A stretch of DNA of 64,000 bases, from NCBI GenBank assembly GCA_028286835.1, contig JAQBQT010000027.1:14442-78441 (forward strand). The letters run 5' to 3'. The translations under genes were made by a program, and so were the position numbers. Shown here piece by piece: positions 53,559 through 62,904 of the stretch (its first letter is position 1; every line of letters starts with the position of its first letter). This stretch comes from Candidatus Parcubacteria bacterium. GTDB lineage: Bacteria; Patescibacteriota; Minisyncoccia; Phycocordibacterales; PALSA-1337. The notes under the pieces are model-generated. The model searched no databases, was not told where the DNA came from, and saw only the letters and a program-made list of their open reading frames with translations.

Positions 53559-54215
53559 TTACTGAGGGAACACTTTCATCTTGGCGGACATGCCATTCCT
53601 GAATTCAGGATGAGCGGCGGCGTCATACCGGACCTTGATGTCGAACTGGCGGGTCGGGCGCTTGTCGGAGATACTGAAGATGACGCTCGTATCCTTCGAA
53701 GTCGGGCTGATCTCGTCGACTATGCCGACATATGAGATGCTGCCGAATGCATCGACCGTGAAGCTCACGGGGTCGCCGACCTTGATCCGCGAAAGGCCCT
53801 TGTTCTCGTCGAGCGTGCCGACGACGCGCAATTCCAAAGGATCGATCATGGAGACGACCGATGAACCTGAAGCGAATACCTGCCCCGGAGTGTTCTTGGT
53901 TTCGATGATGACTCCGTTGATCTTGGACGTGAGCGTTTCTGTGCCGACTGCTGCGAGGGTCTGCCCGGCTGTGACGATGTCGCCTGGCTTGACGTATACC
54001 GTCTGAAGGATGCCTGCCGTCTGCGGTCCGATGGCGATGACAGGCGCAGATATGATGGAATTGTCTATTGCTACTCGTGCGGAAAGAGACTTGTATGCGA
54101 TGCCTCCGGCGAGAAGCAGCACGATGACGATGATGCCGACGAGGCTCTGGACCCACGGCTTCCTGAACATGCCTTGCTTCTTCGGGGCGCTCTGATTGGT
54201 GGCTGGGTTTTCCAT
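53559..54215 (-). CDS. HlyD/EmrA-like membrane fusion protein, short form
   Basis: An N-terminal transmembrane helix and biotinyl/lipoyl-like beta segments are present (VKPGDIVTAGQTLAAV). It is immediately upstream of the MFS pump. The product is 218 aa. Confidence 0.65.
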   Translation of the reverse strand: MENPATNQSAPKKQGMFRKPWVQSLVGIIVIVLLLAGGIAYKSLSARVAIDNSIISAPVIAIGPQTAGILQTVYVKPGDIVTAGQTLAAVGTETLTSKINGVIIETKNTPGQVFASGSSVVSMIDPLELRVVGTLDENKGLSRIKVGDPVSFTVDAFGSISYVGIVDEISPTSKDTSVIFSISDKRPTRQFDIKVRYDAAAHPEFRNGMSAKMKVFPQ

Positions 54216-54216
54216 A

Positions 54217-55254
54217 TTAGTAGGTGCTTATTGTTATAACGCGCTGATTAGCCGATACCGACTGGCCGACCTTGAGGCTGGAATCGATGAAGGTCACTGT
54301 GCCCAAACCCGGCGCGACGAGGATATTATTTGCGTACTGGGCCAAGGCGGCCTGATACGCGCTCTCCGCGACGTTCACGCTGGCGCTCGCCGTATTGGCG
54401 CTTGTGTCCGAACCGTTCTGGCCGATGCTTGCGCCGAGCTGGCTCAGCGTCTGCTGACGCGTAGAGACTGCAAGATCATATGCATTCCTGTTCGCCTGAT
54501 AGCTCGGCGACTGGGTGTTCGGGATCTCGACGGTCCATTTGTCTCCGCCGCCGAAGCCTCGTACGAAGGTGATGAAGAGCCCGCATGTGCCGAGAGGCTG
54601 AGGAGCGCCGTATGTCACGCTGCCATTTCCCTGCTCCAAGCCGCGGACATTGAAGGAGTAGCCGGATTCTGCGCCCGAAGCATAGAGGTCGATCTGATAG
54701 CTTCCCTCTTTGCCGCAGGTGTATGTGCCGCTGATGGTCGGATTGTGGCTCTCATCGATGACACCGATCGGACGAGCCTGAAGGCCGCTCGAAAGGAGCG
54801 TGCGGTATGCGTTATTCACGAGCGTGTCCTGCTGAGCCTTGGCGTTCGTATACTGGAGGCTGATGGAACCGTACTGGGCTTTCGCGAGATCTAGAGAAGC
54901 CTTAGCCTGAGCGACTGCGCTCGCTGCAACGGCTGTATCAAGGGAGGCGAGGACCTGGCCCTTATTGACTGTGTCGCCCGCACGGACATTCACTGCGGCG
55001 ATGCGGCCCGATATGGGGAATGCGAGCTGAGTCGGAGTGCCTGTTGCGACTGGTGCAGGCTGGCCGACGGCATATGTCGATGTGGCGCTGATTATCTGAT
55101 TCACGTTCATAATGCCGGAAGTGCTTGTGGCGGCAGCATTCATGCCTACTGACGGAGCTTGTCCCACTGTCGGCAATACGGCAGCGGCGATTATAATGGC
55201 GATAACTAGCGTAAGGCCAATAGCGAGGGCTGGCTTGGATAAAATGGATTTCAT
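54217..55254 (-). CDS. HlyD-like membrane fusion / periplasmic adaptor protein
   Basis: A transmembrane anchor and the lipoyl-like motif (VRAGDTVNKGQVLASLD) are present. The start was chosen at MKSILSKPALAIG. Confidence 0.6.
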   Translation of the reverse strand: MKSILSKPALAIGLTLVIAIIIAAAVLPTVGQAPSVGMNAAATSTSGIMNVNQIISATSTYAVGQPAPVATGTPTQLAFPISGRIAAVNVRAGDTVNKGQVLASLDTAVAASAVAQAKASLDLAKAQYGSISLQYTNAKAQQDTLVNNAYRTLLSSGLQARPIGVIDESHNPTISGTYTCGKEGSYQIDLYASGAESGYSFNVRGLEQGNGSVTYGAPQPLGTCGLFITFVRGFGGGDKWTVEIPNTQSPSYQANRNAYDLAVSTRQQTLSQLGASIGQNGSDTSANTASASVNVAESAYQAALAQYANNILVAPGLGTVTFIDSSLKVGQSVSANQRVITISTY

Positions 55255-55285
55255 AGAGTAAAAGCTACACGTTTTTTGGTAAAAG

Positions 55286-56203
55286 TCAACTCTTTTTCTT
55301 GTTTTTTGTGCGAGCCCGCTCATTCTTCGGCGGTTTTATTGGCGGCATCTTGATAGTGAATTCTGCGGGAATATTTTTGAGCTCTGAAACGAATTCCGGG
55401 CCGAATTTTCGGACATAGATTGCGTATGCCGCTGCAAAGAGATAGAAATTACCTTCTGATTCTTCCGGGCTCCATCCTTTCATCTCAAATCCCTGCTTGT
55501 GCGCGGTACCAAGGCGCACGACTCCGGTCCAGAGGCCGCCATACTCCTTGATGGGCAGAATATCATCGTGACAGACTAGAGCCGCAGTGCGATATGCAGC
55601 CGTCTGCAGCTCATACTCTTCCCATATGCCGCTCGATGTCTTCCAGTCTATGAGGATCAGTATCCGAGTCCCCCGCACTTCCGTTGGAAAAGCCTTGTCA
55701 TCAGGCGGCACTTGTATCGTGCCGACAAAGTCTATGGTTCCTGCGTATCCATGAGCCCTGGACCATATAGGTTCCTCAGAAAGGAGGACATGCGGATCAT
55801 ACTTCGAGCACCAAGCTGCGAACGCTTCGATATTGTGCCACTCTTCCGGCGAAAGCGATTCCCACTTGCCAGTCAGGTCGTTCGGATACTTGGTTTCCAG
55901 AGAAACAGTCTTGCCCCAGATGAGATCGCGGATTGCGCTGTGGGTGCGTGTGCCTTCTTCGCCCGCAGTGAGTAGCTTTTTCTCCGCCTCGGCCGGGTTC
56001 GCATGAAGGAGGTACTGATAGAAGCGCTCCCCCTTCGGATATCCTGTGCGGATGATGTGATTCACGGCCGGCACGAATATCTTCTCGCTCTTGATCCAGT
56101 AGTGGGTCCAGTCGCCCCTCCTGTCTATGAACCGGAATATATTCGGGTTGGAAGTCCGCTTGTACGTATGGCTCGGGATCGTCTTCGGTCTTCGTGATGC
56201 CAT
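55286..56203 (-). CDS. RecB/Cas4-like PD-(D/E)xK nuclease
   Basis: Motif I (GTRTHSAIR), motif II (GYAGTIDFVG), motif III (LILIDWKTS) and the QxxxY motif (QTAAYRTA) are present in the 305-aa product. No Cys4 cluster is present. Confidence 0.65.
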   Translation of the reverse strand: MASRRPKTIPSHTYKRTSNPNIFRFIDRRGDWTHYWIKSEKIFVPAVNHIIRTGYPKGERFYQYLLHANPAEAEKKLLTAGEEGTRTHSAIRDLIWGKTVSLETKYPNDLTGKWESLSPEEWHNIEAFAAWCSKYDPHVLLSEEPIWSRAHGYAGTIDFVGTIQVPPDDKAFPTEVRGTRILILIDWKTSSGIWEEYELQTAAYRTAALVCHDDILPIKEYGGLWTGVVRLGTAHKQGFEMKGWSPEESEGNFYLFAAAYAIYVRKFGPEFVSELKNIPAEFTIKMPPIKPPKNERARTKNKKKS

Positions 56204-56260
56204 GTGGTATATGACGGACGAAGCATTAAAAACTTAACTGGAACCTATTTTCTAAAGCCG

Positions 56261-57634
56261 CTATGCGTTCTTCATGTGCCGGACGAGCACCTTGTAGACA
56301 TCATAATCGAAGAATTGCGAGAAGCCGTCCAGAAGCGGCCGCGGCTCCTCTTCCTCATACACGAGCGCCTGCTCGAGCATCCAGTTGTCTATGATGAATA
56401 CTTCGGCCTTCTCATGATTCTTGTCGTAGTATTTCAAAGTGACCTTGTTCTTGTATGGCCAGATGCGCAGCTTCCGTTCCGCAAAGATGGCTTCGATCTG
56501 ACGATTGTAGTCTGCCTGCTTCGCTTTGCCGCTGCACGCACCCGAACAAAGCCCGAGCTGGGATGAGAAGCAAGCACCCTTTCCTGATTCTGCTCCGAGA
56601 AGCTTCGGGCAGACTTTGTGCTCCTTCGCGAGCTCGGTCAGGGCGCTCACAGCCTGTTTCTTTGTTTTGAAGACGGCATACAGGTTCTTCAGATCATCAA
56701 AGACGATCTCCCTGTCGGGAACGAGCTCGAAGGCGACGTACCCCTTGTCGTTCATGAATTTCTCGAGATACCACATGCCTTTCACTCGTCTGCTCGCCCG
56801 ATTGTACTTGGGGTATTCCGATTTTATCTTCTTGAGCTCGAGCAGGGATGCGCCGAGATCGCTTATGGTGCTTTCGCAGCCGATGTCTCGCACCTCGTCC
56901 CACAGCCGCATTTCCTTGCCGTCCTTATGCGTATTGGAAAAATGGCTCATGATCCTCGAGCGTATATTCACGCTCTTGCCGATATAGAGCACTTCGCCGT
57001 CCTCCCCGTAGAATGTATAGACGCCCGGGGTCTCCGGAAGATCGGCCAGTATCTTCGGATCGAGCTGGTGCGGCACATTCTTCGCTCCGCAGATCTTGTC
57101 CGTCACCGCGAGGGTCTTCTCTGCGCCGAGCTTTGATTCGACATGGTCCAGGAATTGGACCAGGACATCCGCATCGCCTTCTGCACGATGCCTGGCAGCG
57201 CAGGTGAAGCCATGCCGCTCGATAAGGGACGAGAGATCGTGATGGCGATGCTTCGGAAAGACAGAGCGCGACATCTTCGCTGTGCATAGAAGCGTTTTCT
57301 TGAATTCATATCCTGACCGTTCCATTTCCGCCTTTATAAAACTGTAGTCGAAGCGCGCATTATGCGCACAAAGGACCGCATCCTTGAAGATGCCGTGGAT
57401 CCTGGGCGCTATCTGAACGAATGTCGGGGCATCCTTCACCATCTCATTGGTGATATTGGTTGCCGCCTGTATCTGAAGGGGGATATTCTGCTCGGGATCA
57501 AGCAGAGTGACGAATCGATCCGTTTCCTTTCCGTTTTCCAGGCGGATGCAGGCGATCTCTGTTATTCGGCCACGGGAGGGAGACATTCCGGTCGTTTCGA
57601 CATCAACGATCACTATTGGTTTGTGGTAGGTCAC
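56261..57634 (-). CDS. DnaQ-like 3'-5' exonuclease fused to a GIY-YIG nuclease domain (Cho/UvrC-homologue-like)
   Basis: The N-terminus has DEDDh exonuclease motifs (IVIVDVETTG, then AHNARFDYSF, then HRAEGDADV). The middle region has a GIY-YIG motif (GVYTFYGEDGEVLYIGKSVNIRSR). The product is 457 aa. Confidence 0.8.
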   Translation of the reverse strand: MTYHKPIVIVDVETTGMSPSRGRITEIACIRLENGKETDRFVTLLDPEQNIPLQIQAATNITNEMVKDAPTFVQIAPRIHGIFKDAVLCAHNARFDYSFIKAEMERSGYEFKKTLLCTAKMSRSVFPKHRHHDLSSLIERHGFTCAARHRAEGDADVLVQFLDHVESKLGAEKTLAVTDKICGAKNVPHQLDPKILADLPETPGVYTFYGEDGEVLYIGKSVNIRSRIMSHFSNTHKDGKEMRLWDEVRDIGCESTISDLGASLLELKKIKSEYPKYNRASRRVKGMWYLEKFMNDKGYVAFELVPDREIVFDDLKNLYAVFKTKKQAVSALTELAKEHKVCPKLLGAESGKGACFSSQLGLCSGACSGKAKQADYNRQIEAIFAERKLRIWPYKNKVTLKYYDKNHEKAEVFIIDNWMLEQALVYEEEEPRPLLDGFSQFFDYDVYKVLVRHMKNA

Positions 57635-57666
57635 GAGACGTTATGTAGTATACTATAGAGTGAACT

Positions 57667-58551
57667 ATGAATAAATATCTACAAATAGGCGCTTTTGTCA
57701 TTCTTGGCGGTGTTACGGGCTATCTTGGCTATGCAAACCAGCAAAACACCGCCCGGCTGGAGCGCCTTTCGACGAACCTGTATTCCCTTCAGCTCTCTAT
57801 TGCCTCGACGACCCAGATCCTGCAGACAAGCATCGCCCAGACTCACGGCGATCTGGCAGATGCCCTCGCCCGCCAGCAGCAGACGGTCCAGACCCAGCTC
57901 GGCACATACCAGCAGCAGGTCAATTCGGTGGCTGGCACGGTGACTACCCTCCAGAAGCTCTCCAAGACCGACCCTGAGCTTCTCCAAAAATATTCAAAGG
58001 TCTTTTTCCTGAATGAGAACTACGCCCCGGCAGAGCTCACTGAGGTTCCGAGCACATACCGCTACAGCGACGCCAAGCATAATCTCATTGCCACAGCCGT
58101 ATGGCCGCACATGAAGCAGATGCTCGATGATGCGACCGCAGCCAAGATCGCACTCTATGTCTTCTCGTCATATCGCTCGTTCAACGAACAGAGCGCCCTC
58201 AAGAAAGACTATAAGGTCACGTACGGCGCAGGCACAGCCAACTCATTCTCGGCCGATCAGGGCTATTCAGAGCATCAGCTCGGCACTGCAGCCGACTTCA
58301 TCACTTCAGGCCTCGGCGGCCAGGTCGACGGCTTCGATAAGACAGCAGCATACAAGTGGATGACTGCCAACGCATATAAATACGGCTTCGTCCTCTCTTA
58401 TCCCTCCCAAAATCAGTATTACGTCTTCGAGCCGTGGCACTGGAGGTTCGTCGGGGTCAAGCTTGCAACGGACCTGCATAACGCTAATCAGTATTTCTAC
58501 GAATGGGATCAGCGCAAGATCGACGAGTATCTCGTGAATCTGTTCGATTAA
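57667..58551 (+). CDS. D-alanyl-D-alanine carboxypeptidase, VanY / peptidase M15B family
   Basis: An N-terminal transmembrane helix and a coiled coil are present. The zinc motifs are SEHQLGTAADF (the HxxxxxxD type) and EPWHWRFVG. The product is 294 aa. Confidence 0.8.
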   Translation: MNKYLQIGAFVILGGVTGYLGYANQQNTARLERLSTNLYSLQLSIASTTQILQTSIAQTHGDLADALARQQQTVQTQLGTYQQQVNSVAGTVTTLQKLSKTDPELLQKYSKVFFLNENYAPAELTEVPSTYRYSDAKHNLIATAVWPHMKQMLDDATAAKIALYVFSSYRSFNEQSALKKDYKVTYGAGTANSFSADQGYSEHQLGTAADFITSGLGGQVDGFDKTAAYKWMTANAYKYGFVLSYPSQNQYYVFEPWHWRFVGVKLATDLHNANQYFYEWDQRKIDEYLVNLFD

Positions 58552-58889
58552 AGCGTCTCCTCGGCAGCTTTGATCGCGCTAAGCAATTCTTGCCATTCAG
58601 CTTTCTTAAGAGAATCGGCCGTTTTTGCATCCCATATACCCAGCCCTATTTCCTGTCTATATGAAAGCTCTCTTGGTTTTTCCACTTCACCTGCGCAATC
58701 GAGAAGGGTGCCGAATTCTGGTATCTGCTGCAGCTGTTCGGATTGATCCAGAATCAGGGCAACTATACTGTATGCGGCTTTTTCTTCAGTCAGTTCGCCT
58801 GAATTTTTCTTATCTATTATTTTCTGGCACTCAGAAACCACGAATCTTTTTTGGTCTCTAAGACTGGACTCCGATGCGGATATCTCCAT
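58548..58889 (-). CDS. hypothetical protein
   Basis: The ORF was trimmed to the internal Met MEISASE to avoid a 100-nt overlap with the upstream membrane-protein gene. No motifs were recognised. Confidence 0.35.
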   Translation of the reverse strand: MEISASESSLRDQKRFVVSECQKIIDKKNSGELTEEKAAYSIVALILDQSEQLQQIPEFGTLLDCAGEVEKPRELSYRQEIGLGIWDAKTADSLKKAEWQELLSAIKAAEETL

Positions 58890-58894
58890 GCCTA

Positions 58895-59392
58895 TTATGA
58901 CGAAGACGATTCGCCGCCCTTTCTTCCTACAAACGGCACTAATACTGCTAGGGCGATAATAATGCCTACAGTGTTGCTCATGAGATCGAGCCATGTGTCA
59001 TTGGTCGTGCGCAGGAAGACCATGCCGCCATAGTTCTGCAGGAAATATTCTACGATCTCGTTGGCGACGCCGAGGCCTGTCACGATAAGCGAGCCCAGGA
59101 CCGCAAATTGGAATTTTGTTATAGAGATTCGGCTGTCTCTGACCGCTAAAAAGCATACGAGGAAGGCCACGAATCCCCCTCCGAAGCCGTGGAGGATGCG
59201 GTTGCCCATCTCGAGATCGCGCGTATGAAGTACGACAGCATATCCTGCGAAACTGAGGATCACAATGATGAGGACCGAGATGATCGATCGCGCCCCAGGC
59301 CTCTCTAGCTTCTGCCCGAAGAAAAAAGGAAAGAACGCATACAAGATGAAGTACGCGGCTACCAGGCTTGCTGTGATGGTTAAGAGATACAT
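58895..59392 (-). CDS. multi-pass membrane protein, hypothetical
   Basis: The 165-aa product has four to five hydrophobic helices. Confidence 0.5.
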   Translation of the reverse strand: MYLLTITASLVAAYFILYAFFPFFFGQKLERPGARSIISVLIIVILSFAGYAVVLHTRDLEMGNRILHGFGGGFVAFLVCFLAVRDSRISITKFQFAVLGSLIVTGLGVANEIVEYFLQNYGGMVFLRTTNDTWLDLMSNTVGIIIALAVLVPFVGRKGGESSSS

Positions 59393-59401
59393 GGGGTCGG
59401 A

Positions 59402-60331
59402 TTAGTTTATCTTGCAGGCCGTTTTCAATTCCTGGACATCCTGTACGGTAAGCGAAAGGGTCTTGCCATGATTCACCGCATTCATGATCGAATCCGCGCC
59501 AGCGTCGTGCGAAAGCTGGAGCGCGTGCCCTAATTCATGCGCCAGAACGCGGATGAACGCGGTCTTGGTGCTGAACTGGAATATGTTTATGCGCTTTCCA
59601 TTCCTGTCCGAGATGTATACGCCCTCCTCGAACTGCGTGCCGGTGAGGCCATCCGTGTTTATGGTCTGGATGTATGAATTGATGTTGCCGATGACGGAAT
59701 TGTACGAAGCGATGAGCGTATTGATCCTGTCTGCGAGAGCGTTCACATCCTGGCGCTCGCGCTCAAGGGCATCCTGCCTGGCGATCAGGTTATTCTTCTG
59801 GGCCGTAAGCTGAGTGTACTGATCTGAAGGAGCTCCACCGTGCGCATTCCAATAGTCGGTCTGGAGATTGTATGCATCGCGGGCCTGCTTGAAGAGCGCC
59901 AAGTCATTCGTGTAGTCCTGCTGAGCCTGCTTGTAGCTGGCCTGCATGGTGTTGATCTGCGCCTTCATGGAAGCGGCGGTCTGATTCTTCTGGGTGATGG
60001 CGGAATTGAGCACTACTTCCTGCTGAGTCGTCTCTTGGCGCTTGTCGTATATGAGGCTGATCGTCAGGCTGCCCTGCGGATTGTATTCGAAAAGCTGCCG
60101 GCCGATGGCGTCGCTCCATAGCCCGCCTGCGCGGTGGATGTCATCAAGAAGCTCGCTCGAGGATATGCCGAAGCGCGGATCGATGCTGCCCAGCTTATAT
60201 TGGATGGGCACAGTGCACGGCGCCTTGGGTGCGAAGTTCTTGGCGTACACGTCATAGCCGTAAAATCCGACAGGAAGAAGAACGGCGATGAACGCCGCTG
60301 TTTTGAGACACGCCAAAAGCCATTTTTTCAT
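59402..60331 (-). CDS. membrane-anchored metzincin (matrixin-like) zinc metalloprotease
   Basis: An N-terminal transmembrane helix and a coiled-coil middle region are present. The C-terminal region carries the HExxHxxGxxH motif (VLAHELGHALQLSHD). Confidence 0.7.
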   Translation of the reverse strand: MKKWLLACLKTAAFIAVLLPVGFYGYDVYAKNFAPKAPCTVPIQYKLGSIDPRFGISSSELLDDIHRAGGLWSDAIGRQLFEYNPQGSLTISLIYDKRQETTQQEVVLNSAITQKNQTAASMKAQINTMQASYKQAQQDYTNDLALFKQARDAYNLQTDYWNAHGGAPSDQYTQLTAQKNNLIARQDALERERQDVNALADRINTLIASYNSVIGNINSYIQTINTDGLTGTQFEEGVYISDRNGKRINIFQFSTKTAFIRVLAHELGHALQLSHDAGADSIMNAVNHGKTLSLTVQDVQELKTACKIN

Positions 60332-60367
60332 GTGCCGTACAGTATACCAAAAGCCACCGTTTAGTCC

Positions 60368-61255
60368 CTAATCGGCCGAGTAGTAGCTGAAAAGGGCCTT
60401 TATGCCTGCCAGATTGCGGTCCCATTCGATGGATTCATGGGTCTTGAGCTCAACCGTGATCGCCGGAATGTTCATGGAGGCTAGCCAATCGTCGGCGGCG
60501 CCCGTCGTCGCATAGGCATCGAATGTTTTGACCGCCGGATACCCTGCGGCCTTCGAATACGCATTCATGATGGCGAGCGTGCCCGGAAGGATCCCGTTCT
60601 TGCATTGCGAAGCATAGACAGCATTCGACTGGCTGTGCCAGAAGACGGCAGAGGCAGGCTTGTAGCTCGCAATGAAATCCCGCAAAGCCTGTGCCTCGGG
60701 TTCGGAGAATGCTGAAGTGCCAGCGCTCACTGTTTTGGACTGCCACGTGCTCTTCGGCTGCCATTTGCAATCGAAGTTGCGGTTGAGATCCACGCTATGC
60801 GCGTTGAATCGGGCTTTGGCGAGAATGGTCGTACTGGTCGATACGTCAGAAGCCTTGAAGCGACCCTCTATTCCCGTCACAGCATATACTCCGTCCGGGT
60901 TTGCCGAGGGGATCACTGTGACCGTAAGGCCCTTAGGAACGGACTGGGGATTCGCCTGCAGATAGTCCATGAATGTATATGCTAGAAGGACGCTATTCCA
61001 TTCATAGCCGCCATGGATGCCGCCCACGAAGAGAAGGTGTTTCGCGCCATCTCCGTATGAGTAAGCTTCTATGTCTCGCCCTTGGACCGAGTGGCCGATG
61101 ACTTCGTGCTTAGGTCCGGCGGGCTTTGGCTCGACGACAACCGGCGTAGGCATGGGAGCGATCTTGTGCGAACCCACATACGCAAAAGCGCCGATGCCGA
61201 CAATGGCAAGGGCGACAAGTGCTGCGATCCATTTTTTTGCGCCTGGTCGCATCAA
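60368..61255 (-). CDS. M14-family zinc carboxypeptidase
   Basis: An N-terminal transmembrane helix is present. Zinc ligands are in GGIHGGYEWN (the HxxE motif). DLNRNF and a later His are present. The product is 295 aa. Confidence 0.8.
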   Translation of the reverse strand: MMRPGAKKWIAALVALAIVGIGAFAYVGSHKIAPMPTPVVVEPKPAGPKHEVIGHSVQGRDIEAYSYGDGAKHLLFVGGIHGGYEWNSVLLAYTFMDYLQANPQSVPKGLTVTVIPSANPDGVYAVTGIEGRFKASDVSTSTTILAKARFNAHSVDLNRNFDCKWQPKSTWQSKTVSAGTSAFSEPEAQALRDFIASYKPASAVFWHSQSNAVYASQCKNGILPGTLAIMNAYSKAAGYPAVKTFDAYATTGAADDWLASMNIPAITVELKTHESIEWDRNLAGIKALFSYYSAD

Positions 61256-61258
61256 TTC

Positions 61259-62173
61259 CTAATATTTCGAGTAGTAAGAGATAAGGGCCTGAACGCCTGC
61301 AAGGTTCTTGGACCATTCCGTGTCCGTATGATTCGTGAGAAGGACGCTGATGGTCGGAATGCCTATCTTGGCGAGCCAGTTCGTCATGTCGCCTGTCGTC
61401 GTGTACGAATCGAAGCTTGCATGAGCCGCATATCCGGAGGCCTTAGCGAAGGTCTTCATGATCGTGTCTGTCTCCGTGGAAACTCCGTTGCGGCAGCTCG
61501 AGGCGTAGACACCGCCTGCAGCGCTATACCAGACGACGACCGCCGCCGGCTTGTTGGCATCTACATATGCCCGCATGGCCTTGCTCTCAGGTTCCGAGAA
61601 GGCTGAGCTTCCTCCGCTCACCGGCGTGCTCTGCCATGTGCCGGAAGCCTGCCAATCGCAATCGAAGTTGCGGTTCAAGTCCACCTTGTTCGCATTGAAG
61701 CGGCCGGCGATCTGCGTCGCCTGTGAAGCTGAGACGTCTGCCTGTGTGAAGCTCCCTGTCGTGGTGCCGACGACCTTGTACAAGCCGTCCGGGTTCACTG
61801 CAGGAATGACGGTTATCCTCACATTAGCCGGAATGGCCGATGGGTTCGCCTTCAGATAATCGACGAGCTGCTGAGCGACCTGGACCGTATTCCATTCGTA
61901 GCCGCCATGGATGCCGCCCACGAAGAGGAGCTCGGTCGTGCCTGCGCCGAAATGATATGCGGTGATAGGGCGTCCCTGCACTGATGTGCCGATCGAAGCC
62001 TCTGCCAGATTCTGCGAAGGCGTGCCGGTTGCCTGCGCATTAGTCTGCGAGGTTGTGGCTGTGGGAGTCGAGGCCTGCTCCACAGGGGGCATATTCGATG
62101 TCTTCTTGGAAATGAAGTAAATTCCGAAGCCTATAATGAGAACCACGACAATTGCGATAATGGTTTTTTTCAT
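61259..62173 (-). CDS. M14-family zinc carboxypeptidase, tandem paralogue
   Basis: The same motifs as the adjacent gene are present (GGIHGGYEWN, VDLNRNFDC, SAFSEPE). The two genes are 4 nt apart. Confidence 0.8.
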   Translation of the reverse strand: MKKTIIAIVVVLIIGFGIYFISKKTSNMPPVEQASTPTATTSQTNAQATGTPSQNLAEASIGTSVQGRPITAYHFGAGTTELLFVGGIHGGYEWNTVQVAQQLVDYLKANPSAIPANVRITVIPAVNPDGLYKVVGTTTGSFTQADVSASQATQIAGRFNANKVDLNRNFDCDWQASGTWQSTPVSGGSSAFSEPESKAMRAYVDANKPAAVVVWYSAAGGVYASSCRNGVSTETDTIMKTFAKASGYAAHASFDSYTTTGDMTNWLAKIGIPTISVLLTNHTDTEWSKNLAGVQALISYYSKY

Positions 62174-62227
62174 ATATCCATTCTAGCACGTATGGCTAGG
62201 TTGCAAGGCCGGCATGTGCTTCGGAAG

Positions 62228-62800
62228 CTAGCGGACCACTTTGTAATGCAGAGTCAAAATTCCGCCTTCTAATACGGCAGATTCGAGCAATTCAAGTTTG
62301 ACCATGGTCTGTACTTTTCTCAAGAAGGTCTTTCCTTCAGACAATATGACCGGGCTGACCGTGAATTGGAATTCATCTATCAGATCCAGCTCCATGAGGG
62401 AAAGAGCCAGAGTCGGGCTGCCGAAAATGACCAGATCCTTGCCTAGCTGCGCCTTGAGGACTGAAACCTCCTTCTGTATGTTGCCGGCGATGACCTTCGT
62501 ATTTTTCCAGTCAGGATTTTTAAGGGTCGTCGAGAAGACAACTTTCTCTGTATCTTCAAGCCATTTGACGTGCACCCTATCATGTTCAGAGGATGCTTCG
62601 GGGTCTGCGGTCACAGACTGCCAGTAGCCTTTCATTAGCTCGTATGTCACGCGTCCGTAGAGCGGGGATCCGACTGTGCTCACCATCTTTTCGCCATACT
62701 TCATCAGCGCGTCATTATACGGGATCCATTCAAGTCCTCCTTCCAAGGTTGCGCAAAACCCGTCCAAGGACTGATGCATGAAGAGTACGACTTTTCTCAT
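62228..62800 (-). CDS. dihydrofolate-reductase-like protein (RibD C-terminal domain family)
   Basis: MRKVVLFMHQSLDGF followed by a GSPTL pattern is typical of the RibD_C/YwjB family. The product is 190 aa. Confidence 0.7.
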   Translation of the reverse strand: MRKVVLFMHQSLDGFCATLEGGLEWIPYNDALMKYGEKMVSTVGSPLYGRVTYELMKGYWQSVTADPEASSEHDRVHVKWLEDTEKVVFSTTLKNPDWKNTKVIAGNIQKEVSVLKAQLGKDLVIFGSPTLALSLMELDLIDEFQFTVSPVILSEGKTFLRKVQTMVKLELLESAVLEGGILTLHYKVVR

Positions 62801-62904
62801 GCGCTCAGTATACCAATATATCTACTGCTTGTGGGACGCTTGCCTAAAAGCAAAAGCCGTTAGGCTATCGACTTTGGATGCTATTTGCAGGGCCCGTTCA
62901 AATC

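Noticed and set aside
53623-54156. A 177-aa minus-strand ORF that is extremely Arg/His-rich.
   Set aside because: It is an alternative frame of the membrane-fusion protein gene (53559-54215). Its composition (RRHRHR...) is non-protein-like.
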